A stretch of 14,644 nt of DNA from Bdellovibrionales bacterium (GTDB lineage Bacteria > Bdellovibrionota > Bdellovibrionia > Bdellovibrionales > JAMPXM01): assembly GCA_043739185.1 (NCBI GenBank), contig JAYUEN010000258.1, positions 1 through 14,644 on the forward strand. The letters run 5' to 3'. This document shows, piece after piece, positions 6,437 to 14,644 of this stretch (positions within the stretch are counted from its first letter, which is position 1; the number at the start of each line of letters is the position of its first letter). The translations under genes and the position numbers were made by a program. The notes beneath the pieces are model-generated. The model was given only the letters and a program-made list of their open reading frames with translations. It searched no databases and was not told the DNA's origin.

Positions 6437-9400
6437 CTAGCCTCTCGCCTTCTTTTCTTCTTCGACTAAAACAGATCTCAATAAAAATTCGGTCAACGCA
6501 TCAATTGTCGGATAGTTGAAAATGAGCTTCACCGTGAATGGATAATTTAAATCTTTCTTTAAACGATTTCGAAGCTCCAAAGCAGTCAATGAATCCATTC
6601 CCAAAGTCATGAGCCCCTTAGATGTGTCAATAGCGACATCTTTTTTTGCTCCGATAATGCTGACGACGTGGTCAACTAAAAATTTAGTAACCATTTCCTT
6701 TCGTTCACTTTCGGATGCTCCCAAAACCTTAAGCTGTAAGGCGCTTCCAGTCTTTTTCGCTTTCTTTTCTGGTTTAACTAATTCGATGACTCTTCTTTGC
6801 GGAGCAAACTGACCAAAGAAGCTATTGGTTAAATTCTCTGGAGTTTTTATTAAATATTTATTCCATTCAATAGGTAAAACACAAATTTGAGATCTTTCAG
6901 AATTTATTGCTCGCCCTAAACTTTCACGACCCTTTTCGACGCTAATTAACGACAAGCCGGCTAGACTCATCAATTCTCGAGATTTTTCATCCATTTCTTT
7001 TGCCATTCCCACTTCAGCCCATGGCCCCCAATTGACTGACAGCCCCTTTAAACCCTGACTCTTTCTAAATCTTGCAAGGGCATCCAAATAAGAATTTGCA
7101 GCACCATAATTACATTGCCCCTGATTTCCTAGTAGCGCCGTGGTTGACGAAAATAACACAAAAAGATCAAGCTTCATGTCTTGAGTATAGTGATGTAGAT
7201 TCCAACTGCCTTTTATTTTGGGTGACATTACCTTTTCAAAGGATTCCCAATTTTGATTTGGCAAAAATGCATCGGCAATGACACCTGCGGCATGTATCAC
7301 ACCTTTAAGATCGGGTTCACCATCTTTTTTTAATTTTGCAATTATGGCCGCAACATCTTGCTCTTTACTGACATCTCCCAGAGCAATCGTTATTTTAACG
7401 CCTTTTTCAAGCAAGCTCTCAATAAGGATTTTGGATTCAGATTGAGGAGCATTTCGACCCATAAGCAAGAGATGTTTCGCCCCCTGATCAGCCAACCATA
7501 CTGCCATTCTTAAACCAAGCCCCCCGAGCCCACCGGTAACGAGATAACTTCCGTCGGACGAGATTTTAACTTTCTCTGAAAAATCTAGTTTTTTCCTACT
7601 CAATCTTGCCACCTGACGTAAACCCCCGCGATAAGCGATCTGGGTCTCATCATCAAATTGAACTATTTCTTTCAAAATTTCTGCAGCCTGAATATCTTTA
7701 GTTGAAGAATTTTCGGTATCTACAATTTTGGGTTTCAATTCAGGACATTCAACGGTTAATACCTTTGCAAAGCCCCAGAGTGGCGCTTGCGCAAGATTTG
7801 AAATTTTTTCAGTAAATACCTGCTGAGCTCCGCTAGTAATAAAAGTCAGTTTCGGTGGTTTCGCCTCAAGCTTTGAAAGAATGGCCTTCGTCAGGGCCAA
7901 AGCGCTACCGTAGCCTAATCGTTGACTCTCTCCCAGCTCTTCGGAGCTCAACATGGACCCAATAGATTTAATGTTTAAGCTCCACAAGTGAACAACGTGA
8001 GATAAAGGATATTCCTTCATTTCCGGGTTGAGCAATAAACCAGAAACCACTTCTTCAATTCGCTTCTCATTCTTTTCTAGTTCGGGCTCTGCCATAACGG
8101 TGAAAATGCGCCTCTCAGGTACAGTGCCCATTTTGACGAGCTCGTCACCTATACCGACTTTGTCGGTAAAAATAATCCAGCTTTCTTTTTCTTGATTTTT
8201 CGTGGCCACAGGCAAATCCTTCTGAATCCATTCAGTTTCATAGAAAATCTCTTTCTCGTCTTGAGCCCCTCCACCGAGGGCTTTTAATAAATCTGCCTTT
8301 GATGCGCGGGCCGATGTGAAATTCTTAACTTCTGCGATCTTCTCTGAACTATCATTGTAAATCACGAGATCAGAAGAAATTGTCTTTCCCCCAACGACAT
8401 CACTCGTTGTACCTGTCACATGACACCAAACCCGGTCGCCATGCTGAGCTTGTACATTAATTTCTTCAAACGAAACCGGCAAATAAATGTGCTGTTCTCC
8501 CGCGCCAAATTTATGGAGGACTCCTGTCGCTTGTAAGCAATTGTCTAGTATGATTGGGTGAATTTGATGTTTGCCTCCCGGCAATTGAACTTCTTTGGGT
8601 AAGTGAATTTCTGCCAACAACTCACCCTTCGCCCTGCGTATCGATTGAATAGCTCTGAAGTTTGGTCCGTACTCTAGACCTCCGGATTCATACTTTTTGT
8701 AGAGCTGCTCAGTTGAAACCACTTCTGTGCAACGAGTTTTAATGTCGGCAAGAGCGTCTTCAGCAAATTCAAATTTACTTGCTCGGGCAAGCTTACCGGT
8801 TGCGTGAGTTTTCCATTCTTGTTTTTCGGACCGGCTTAGCACTTCAAATTCTGTTATTCCATTTTTCTCAGGACTCACCAGCAATTGCACTTTGACACTT
8901 TTTTGATCTCGGAATACAAGCGGACGCTCAATTGACATTTCTCTGACTTCGCTAGAAGAACCAAAGATTTCAAATCCCGCTGCAAGAGCCATCTCTACAT
9001 AGCCGGTACCTGGCATGATGACGTTTCCGTAAACCACATGGTCTTTCAAGTAACTTGGGCTACTAGCACTCAAATCACTTTCAAAAATATTTTCACCATT
9101 TGCGGCTGCCATTCTTCGCCAGAGAAGAGGATGTACCATCTCACTCATGCCTTGGCCCAAATGAATCTCTTTTGTTTCGACCCAGTATTTTTGACGTTGA
9201 AATGGATAGGTTGGAAGCTTAACTTTACTTCGAGTTGGTGTATCGGTTTCAAATCTCTTCCAATCGAAGCGAACACCAGAAGTATAGAGCGAACCTACAC
9301 TTTCAAGAAGTTGTTCCCATTCTGGCCGATCTTTTTTAAAGCTCGTAAGCCAACTTCCTTCGTCGCTACTTTCAATGCAAGACTGACCCATTCCGCCGAG

Positions 9401-12400
9401 AGTCGTCCCAGCTCCTATTTCAAGGTAGCGGCGATATCCCTCATTCCAAATCGCTTTAATTCCATGCTCAAACCTGACCGCCTCTCTTACGTGACTTCTC
9501 CAGTATTTAGGTTTGCAAATGATTTCTTCAGTAACTCTAGCCCCTGTCAGATTTGAAATGAGTTTTATTTTTGGTGCAAAATAATTTATTTCACTTGCGA
9601 CCTTTTCAAATTCATCTAACATGCCATCCATTTGCGAAGAATGAAACCCGTGCGAAACGGCTAATTCTTTTACTTTCAATCCCTGTGCCTCAAACTTTTT
9701 CAAAACCTCTCGAATCGAATTTCGATCACCAGAAATACTGGTGTTCGTGGGTCCGTTATATGCGGCGATAGAGAGCTTGTTGCCATAGGTTTGAATGGCT
9801 GCCAGAACTTGTTCGCCATCTGCGCTCACCACTCCCATGCCGCAGTCGCCAGTTAATTTCTGCATGAGCTGGCCACGTTTAGCGATGAGCTTGATGCCAT
9901 CTTCTAAACTGAATACTCCAGCCACACAGGCTGCGACGAGCTCTCCTACTGAGTGCCCCATCACTGCGCTCGGCTCAACTCCCCAACTTCTCCAGAGCTC
10001 ACTCAGTGCATACTCAATTACAAATAATGCCGGCTGCGTATATGCGGTCTCATTGAGTTTTTCTTTATTCTCTCCCCAAATAACAGACAAAATCGGCAGC
10101 TCCAAATATGAATTTAAAATCTTTGCACAGTGATCAATGGCTTTCTTAAAAGTCGGCTGCGAATCATAAAGTTCTTTTCCCATGCCAAAATACTGAGAGC
10201 CCTGACCTGAAAACAAATAAACTAATTCTTCTGTAATGGTGTCTTTGCCAATGACTTTTGCTCTCGATACGCCAGCCTCAAGTTCTCCTTCAAGAAATTT
10301 GGTGATCTTTGCTTTCATTTCTTGCGGCGTCTTACCAACGACTGCCAAGCGCTCATCAAAATGGGTTCTCCCTTCAGAAGCAGTAAAACAAATATTAGAA
10401 AGTACTGGCAGATTATCTTGAGATAAAAATTTAACGTATCGGTTCGCGAGTGCTTTTAAGGCTGACTCATTTCGTCCTGATAAAACTAAAACCTGAAGTG
10501 GGCGCTCCACGGACTTTACTTTATTAATGACTCGTGGTTTCGGAGCTTCTTCAATTACCACATGGGCAATGGTTCCGGTCATTCCAAATGAACTGACGCC
10601 GGCTAATTTTGGTCCGTCATATTCGGGCCAATTTGTTAGCTCCATTGGAATTTTGGCCGGAATGTCTGTCAAATTAATATTGGGATTTAGCTTTTTCATT
10701 CCTAAATGTGGAGGAATCTTGTTATGCTCCATCGCAAGAACGGTTTTAATCAATCCCGCAATGCCTGCTGCACCCTCGGTATGACCAAAATTGGATTTTA
10801 CAGAAGAGACATAGAGCGGCCTCGCGGAGTCTCTTTTGTTTTTCATTACTCCTGTAAGAGCTTGCATCTCAAGTGGATCGCCGAGCGGTGTACCGGTACC
10901 ATGCGCCTCAATGTATGAAACATCTTTGGCTTTAATCCCAGCATTTTCAAATGCATGGTTTATAAGTTCTTCTTGAGCCTTCCCATTGGGGGCTGTTGGA
11001 CTCACTGAACGTCCACCGTGCATGATCGCCGATCCTCTAATCACAGCTTGAATACGGTCGCCTGAGGCAATGGCCTCAGACATGCGCTTTAAAATGATGA
11101 CTCCACAGCCTTCTGCTCGAACGTAACCATTTGCTTTCTCATCAAAGGTCAATGACTCACCTGTTGGCGAAAGGGCATGCGCTCTCGACATTTGCATAAA
11201 GGATCTCAATCCTAAAATATTGAGGCCCACAACAATTGCTCGTTCGCAATTGCCAGATCTCAAACTCTCGCAGGCTAAATCAATTGCCACGAGTGAAGAA
11301 GAACATGCCGTATCCGTAGTTAACATCGGACCTTGTGCACCTAGAAAATAAGACAATCTTCCGAATGCGATATTCAGTGCAAAAAACTCAAATTGGCTGA
11401 GGTCAGACTTTGAACCACGCAATACTTCCTTATAGTCTTGCCACATGGTGGAGCCAACAAATAGCCCAGTTTGGCCGCCAAATATTTTGGCCTTAGTTTC
11501 ACCCGCATCTTCTAGGGCCTCCCAAGCAGTTTCGAGTAGCATTCGAACGCCAGGCTCAGAATAATTTGCCTCTACTTTTGTGATGCCAAAAAACTCGGGA
11601 TCAAATTCATCAATGCCAATTCCGCTGATGAATCCACCACGACGAGTTGCAATTTTGTTCGGAACATCTGGATCTGGATCGTAATAATCATCAATATTCC
11701 AGCGCTCTTTCGGAACTTCAACAATACCACTCTTACCTTGTGAGAGCATTTCCCAGAATGATTCTAAATCGTTTGCTCCGCCCGGAAAGCGACACGACAT
11801 TCCCACGATTACGATTGGATCGTTCTCTTTCGCAGTAGAGCTCTTCTTTGCCTTTGTCGTCGCCGGGTGAACAGCTTTCGAAGCTTCTGCTCCTTCGACT
11901 TTTTCAACGATTAATACTGAAGTTAACAAATGATCAACGAGGGCATCAATTGTCGGATAAGTAAATATCAGTGTCGCTGAAAATGAAAAGTTGAGTTCTT
12001 TCTTAAGTTTATTTCTAAATTCAATTGCTGCCAATGAATCCAGTCCTAAACTCATGAGGCCTTTACTTGTATCGATCGCGCCGTCCTCAGGGCGAGCACC
12101 AATGAGCTTTGCAACATGATCGACTAAAAACTTAGTCACAATTGCTTTTCTCTCACTCTCAAGGGCCGCTTGTACTTTTTTCTGTAAAGCACTAGCCTCT
12201 TTTTTCTCTTTTGGCGCTGTTTTCTTAAGAGAGGCGAAGGAACTCAAATAAGTTTTGACCAATAAATCAGGCACCGTAACTAAATTCTTACTCCAATCAA
12301 TTGGAATAACCGCTAAATGTGAAAAATTAGAATTGATGATCTTACCTAGAGTCTCTTGCCCCTGATTGACTGAAATCAATGTGAGTCCCGCTTGCGAAAG

Positions 12401-14548
12401 TTGCTCTTTTGACTTCTCATTCATTTCTTTCGCCATGCCCACTTCGGCCCAAGGTCCCCAATTAATCGATACACCTGGTAAACCCAGGTTTTTTCGATAA
12501 GAGGCCAAACTATCTAAGAAAAGATTGGCGGCCCCGTAGTTTGCTTGACCCTGGTTACCTAAAACTGAAGTCGTTGAAGAAAACAAAACGAAAAAGTCTA
12601 ACTTTATGTCTCTCGTCAATTTATGTAAATTCCAACCGCCCTTAACTTTTGGACTCATTACTTTTTCAAACGAACCCCAAGTCTGTTTCATCAAAGAGGC
12701 ATCTTCGATGACCCCAGCTGCATGGATCACGCCCTTAAAATCGGGAGTCTTATCTGCCTTCATTTTTGCTATCACGGCAGAAAGATCTTGTTCTTTCGCC
12801 ACATCACCTAGTGCTATCGAAACTTGAACGCCTCGAGCTCGTAAGTTTTCAATTATTGTTTTTGAGTCGGCTGCTGGTTCTTTTCTTCCCATCAATACAA
12901 GATGCTTCGCACCTTGATCAGCTAACCAAATACCCATTCTTAAACCCAAACCACCAAGACCACCGGTGATCAAATAGCTGCCCTCTGGATTGACCTTTAC
13001 ACTTGCCGTAGTCTCTAATTTCTTCTTATTTAATCTTGCAAGCATTCGAGAGCCTGAGCGATAAATGATCTGCGGCTCATCCTCTGCTTGACTCAATTCT
13101 TTAAAAATCAAATCAGCCATTTGCTCTGGAGTTTGCAAACTATCAAGATCCATCATTTTTGATTTAAGTTCTGGATGCTCCATCAAGAGTACTCTTGAAA
13201 GCCCCCACACCGGAGACTGCTCGATGTTCGAATTCTTATCCCCTTCAAGTTGCACAGCACCGCTAGTTACAAAATTAAGGCGCGGAGGTTTTGCTCCAAA
13301 CTTTTTTAATATGACTTTAGCTACGGCCAAAGCACTGCCGTATCCTGTTTGCTGAAGATTAAGCAGCTCTTCGCCGCTCATATCTACGCGGTGCTTATTC
13401 ATATCAAGACTTGTGAGGTGAATCATATTTGTAATCACCTGACCACTTGTCTTCGCAACATTTATAATTTGAGTAATTTTATCTTCTAATTCTTTCTCTA
13501 ATACTTCACCCTGCTGAGTACTACTAATAAGGTGAAGCTTGGTGCCTTGAACACCAGCAAGCTTCTCTAAGCGCTCACTCATTCCAGACTTATCTGAAAA
13601 TACAATCCAACTTGCCTTGACACTTTCTTTTTTAGAAGTCGTAATTTCTTTCTTAACCCAGTCGACTCCGTAAAACCATTCTTTGCCACCGACTTTTGCT
13701 TCTTGCGTCTCAATTCCCAAGGCCTTAAATAAATCAGCCTTAGAAGCTAGGGCTGATGTGAAATTCTTAACTTCCGCAATCTTCTCTGAATTATCATTGA
13801 AAATCACGAGATCAGAAGAAATCGTCTTGCCACCAACCACATCACTCGTTGAGCCTGTAACATGACACCAAACTCGGTCACCGTGCTGAGCTTGTACATT
13901 GATGTCTTCAAACGAAACCGGCAAATAAATGGGTTTTTCAGAAGTGAGTGACTCATGAAGTGAACCCGTAGACTGCAAACAATTATCTAAAATTACCGGG
14001 TGTAATCGATAACTATTTGTCTGAGATTGAAGTCCTGCCGGCAGTTTGATCTCGGCGAGCAATTCGCCCTTGCCTCTTTTTACAGACTGAATAGCTCTAA
14101 AGTTTGGTCCATATTCTATTCCACCAGTACGATAAGTATTATAAATTTCATCGACAGAAACATTTTGGTTCATTCGACTTTTAATTTCAGCTAAGCTCTC
14201 TTCAGACCTTTCGAATGGAGTGGCAAGCGAGATCTTTCCGCTGGCGTGAGTTCTCCAACCGCCTTCTTCTGAATGACTAAAGATTTCAAAAGCCATTAAA
14301 CCATTTTCTTCTTCACCAACTTTGATTTGGATTTTAACAGATTTGTCGCCATTAAAAACCAAGGGTCGCTCGATTGAAATTTCTTTCACAGCACTTGGTG
14401 CACCTAGAATTTCAAAGCCTGCCGCCAAAGCCATCTCAACATAGCCAGCACCAGGCATAATGACCTTGCCGTACACGACGTGATCTAGAATATATTCTGG
14501 GTTTTTTGCGCTCAGTTCACTTTCAAAAACGTTCATTAGCAACCTCAA
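6437..14548 (-). CDS. cis-AT modular type I polyketide synthase, 5'-partial: DH-KR-ACP-KS-AT-DH-KR-ACP, no ER and no TE
   Basis: DH: HVVYGKVIMPG and HVVYGNVIMPG, each with LDNCLQ. KR: GGLGGLG, HAAGVI(E/A)D, NYGAAN (twice). ACP: GLDSL and GMDSL. KS: DTACSSS, HGTGT, KSNFGH. AT: GQGSQ, GHSVG, HGFHS. The TTG at 14548 is not the real start, because homologous coding sequence continues to the window edge in another frame. Confidence 0.97.
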   Translation of the reverse strand: MRLLMNVFESELSAKNPEYILDHVVYGKVIMPGAGYVEMALAAGFEILGAPSAVKEISIERPLVFNGDKSVKIQIKVGEEENGLMAFEIFSHSEEGGWRTHASGKISLATPFERSEESLAEIKSRMNQNVSVDEIYNTYRTGGIEYGPNFRAIQSVKRGKGELLAEIKLPAGLQSQTNSYRLHPVILDNCLQSTGSLHESLTSEKPIYLPVSFEDINVQAQHGDRVWCHVTGSTSDVVGGKTISSDLVIFNDNSEKIAEVKNFTSALASKADLFKALGIETQEAKVGGKEWFYGVDWVKKEITTSKKESVKASWIVFSDKSGMSERLEKLAGVQGTKLHLISSTQQGEVLEKELEDKITQIINVAKTSGQVITNMIHLTSLDMNKHRVDMSGEELLNLQQTGYGSALAVAKVILKKFGAKPPRLNFVTSGAVQLEGDKNSNIEQSPVWGLSRVLLMEHPELKSKMMDLDSLQTPEQMADLIFKELSQAEDEPQIIYRSGSRMLARLNKKKLETTASVKVNPEGSYLITGGLGGLGLRMGIWLADQGAKHLVLMGRKEPAADSKTIIENLRARGVQVSIALGDVAKEQDLSAVIAKMKADKTPDFKGVIHAAGVIEDASLMKQTWGSFEKVMSPKVKGGWNLHKLTRDIKLDFFVLFSSTTSVLGNQGQANYGAANLFLDSLASYRKNLGLPGVSINWGPWAEVGMAKEMNEKSKEQLSQAGLTLISVNQGQETLGKIINSNFSHLAVIPIDWSKNLVTVPDLLVKTYLSSFASLKKTAPKEKKEASALQKKVQAALESERKAIVTKFLVDHVAKLIGARPEDGAIDTSKGLMSLGLDSLAAIEFRNKLKKELNFSFSATLIFTYPTIDALVDHLLTSVLIVEKVEGAEASKAVHPATTKAKKSSTAKENDPIVIVGMSCRFPGGANDLESFWEMLSQGKSGIVEVPKERWNIDDYYDPDPDVPNKIATRRGGFISGIGIDEFDPEFFGITKVEANYSEPGVRMLLETAWEALEDAGETKAKIFGGQTGLFVGSTMWQDYKEVLRGSKSDLSQFEFFALNIAFGRLSYFLGAQGPMLTTDTACSSSLVAIDLACESLRSGNCERAIVVGLNILGLRSFMQMSRAHALSPTGESLTFDEKANGYVRAEGCGVIILKRMSEAIASGDRIQAVIRGSAIMHGGRSVSPTAPNGKAQEELINHAFENAGIKAKDVSYIEAHGTGTPLGDPLEMQALTGVMKNKRDSARPLYVSSVKSNFGHTEGAAGIAGLIKTVLAMEHNKIPPHLGMKKLNPNINLTDIPAKIPMELTNWPEYDGPKLAGVSSFGMTGTIAHVVIEEAPKPRVINKVKSVERPLQVLVLSGRNESALKALANRYVKFLSQDNLPVLSNICFTASEGRTHFDERLAVVGKTPQEMKAKITKFLEGELEAGVSRAKVIGKDTITEELVYLFSGQGSQYFGMGKELYDSQPTFKKAIDHCAKILNSYLELPILSVIWGENKEKLNETAYTQPALFVIEYALSELWRSWGVEPSAVMGHSVGELVAACVAGVFSLEDGIKLIAKRGQLMQKLTGDCGMGVVSADGEQVLAAIQTYGNKLSIAAYNGPTNTSISGDRNSIREVLKKFEAQGLKVKELAVSHGFHSSQMDGMLDEFEKVASEINYFAPKIKLISNLTGARVTEEIICKPKYWRSHVREAVRFEHGIKAIWNEGYRRYLEIGAGTTLGGMGQSCIESSDEGSWLTSFKKDRPEWEQLLESVGSLYTSGVRFDWKRFETDTPTRSKVKLPTYPFQRQKYWVETKEIHLGQGMSEMVHPLLWRRMAAANGENIFESDLSASSPSYLKDHVVYGNVIMPGTGYVEMALAAGFEIFGSSSEVREMSIERPLVFRDQKSVKVQLLVSPEKNGITEFEVLSRSEKQEWKTHATGKLARASKFEFAEDALADIKTRCTEVVSTEQLYKKYESGGLEYGPNFRAIQSIRRAKGELLAEIHLPKEVQLPGGKHQIHPIILDNCLQATGVLHKFGAGEQHIYLPVSFEEINVQAQHGDRVWCHVTGTTSDVVGGKTISSDLVIYNDSSEKIAEVKNFTSARASKADLLKALGGGAQDEKEIFYETEWIQKDLPVATKNQEKESWIIFTDKVGIGDELVKMGTVPERRIFTVMAEPELEKNEKRIEEVVSGLLLNPEMKEYPLSHVVHLWSLNIKSIGSMLSSEELGESQRLGYGSALALTKAILSKLEAKPPKLTFITSGAQQVFTEKISNLAQAPLWGFAKVLTVECPELKPKIVDTENSSTKDIQAAEILKEIVQFDDETQIAYRGGLRQVARLSRKKLDFSEKVKISSDGSYLVTGGLGGLGLRMAVWLADQGAKHLLLMGRNAPQSESKILIESLLEKGVKITIALGDVSKEQDVAAIIAKLKKDGEPDLKGVIHAAGVIADAFLPNQNWESFEKVMSPKIKGSWNLHHYTQDMKLDLFVLFSSTTALLGNQGQCNYGAANSYLDALARFRKSQGLKGLSVNWGPWAEVGMAKEMDEKSRELMSLAGLSLISVEKGRESLGRAINSERSQICVLPIEWNKYLIKTPENLTNSFFGQFAPQRRVIELVKPEKKAKKTGSALQLKVLGASESERKEMVTKFLVDHVVSIIGAKKDVAIDTSKGLMTLGMDSLTALELRNRLKKDLNYPFTVKLIFNYPTIDALTEFLLRSVLVEEEKKARG
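6480..9134 (-). other. DH-KR-ACP of the last module
   Basis: DH His at 9038-9040. KR GGLGGLG near 7514-7535. ACP Ser at 6590-6592. Only about 15 residues follow the ACP. Confidence 0.9.
8313..8489. repeat. Intragenic direct repeat, copy 2 (C-terminal part of the DH)
   Basis: Hand alignment with 13755-13931 (offset 5442 nt) gives 161/177 identical nucleotides with no gaps. Confidence 0.9.
9340..10225 (-). other. Acyltransferase domain, predicted malonyl-CoA specific
   Basis: TAYTQPALF, GHSVG (Ser at 9950-9952) and VSHGFHS, a variant of the HAFH malonyl motif rather than the methylmalonyl YASH. Confidence 0.8.
10542..11821 (-). other. Ketosynthase domain of the last module
   Basis: Runs from DPIVIVGMSCRFPG to AHVVIEEAP. 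Catalytic Cys at 11303-11305 (DTACSSS). Both histidines (HGTGT and GHTEGAAG) are present. Confidence 0.95.
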
Positions 14549-14570
14549 TTCTTCTACCTAAAAGAGGATG
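11920..14570 (-). other. PKS penultimate visible module (partial): DH, KR, ACP
   Basis: DH His at 14480-14482. KR GGLGGLG near 12945-12965 and catalytic Tyr near 12537. ACP Ser at 12035-12037. Domain boundaries are approximate. Confidence 0.9.
13755..13931. repeat. Intragenic direct repeat, copy 1 (C-terminal part of the DH)
   Basis: Hand alignment with 8313-8489 gives 161/177 identical nucleotides with no gaps. Confidence 0.9.
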
Positions 14571-14644
14571 GACATTTTGCCCAGTTTTCAGGTGAACAAC
14601 GACATTCTTTGTTTCGATCCAATATTTTTTTCTTTGAAATGGAT
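14523..14644 (-). CDS. Upstream part of the same PKS (post-AT linker and start of the DH) in a shifted frame
   Basis: It translates as (Y)PFQRKKYWIETKNVVVHLKTGQNVHPLLGRRIEVANERF*, matching the internal copy YPFQRQKYWVETKEIHLGQGMSEMVHPLLWRRMAAANGENIFES. Confidence 0.9.
   Translation of the reverse strand, partial: PFQRKKYWIETKNVVVHLKTGQNVHPLLGRRIEVANERF

Noticed and set aside
221..13865. Short plus-strand ORFs in the track (e.g. 906-1106, 4033-4329, 9038-9556, 9795-10133, 12606-12827, 13683-13865)
   Set aside because: They lie antisense to well-supported minus-strand genes and have no motifs or SDs, so they are shadow ORFs.
6437..14548. trans-AT PKS, iterative FAS/PUFA synthase, or inactive (KS0/KR0/DH0) domains
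   Set aside because: An integral AT with intact GHSVG is present, the layout is modular with single ACPs, and all catalytic residues checked are present.
1..14644. CRISPR array, tRNA/rRNA, IS element or prophage genes
   Set aside because: No regularly spaced short repeats, RNA-gene signatures, transposase or integrase motifs, or terminal inverted repeats were found by eye.

Overview
AT-rich (roughly 40% GC, from hand-sampled lines) bacterial DNA, almost entirely coding on the minus strand, and most likely the 3' end of a polyketide biosynthetic gene cluster. In transcription order (right to left) it contains: (1) a large cis-AT modular type I PKS entering from beyond the window, with [..]DH-KR-ACP / KS-AT(malonyl)-DH-KR-ACP and no ER or thioesterase; (2) a saccharopine-dehydrogenase-like NAD(P)-dependent reductase of the family that includes trans-acting enoyl reductases; (3) a free-standing NRPS-type condensation domain protein; (4) a ~1.35 kb gene-poor spacer with one hypothetical ORF; (5) behind its own sigma70-like promoter, a CmcH/NodU-type O-carbamoyltransferase followed 46 nt later by a carbamoyl-phosphate synthase small subunit (carA) that breaks off after its N-terminal domain. 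The best candidate for a new system is a TE-less PKS released by a stand-alone C domain, possibly reduced in trans and carbamoylated with a locally supplied carbamoyl phosphate. Both window ends show reading-frame breaks that may be assembly artefacts. No RNA genes, CRISPR arrays or recognisable mobile elements were seen.
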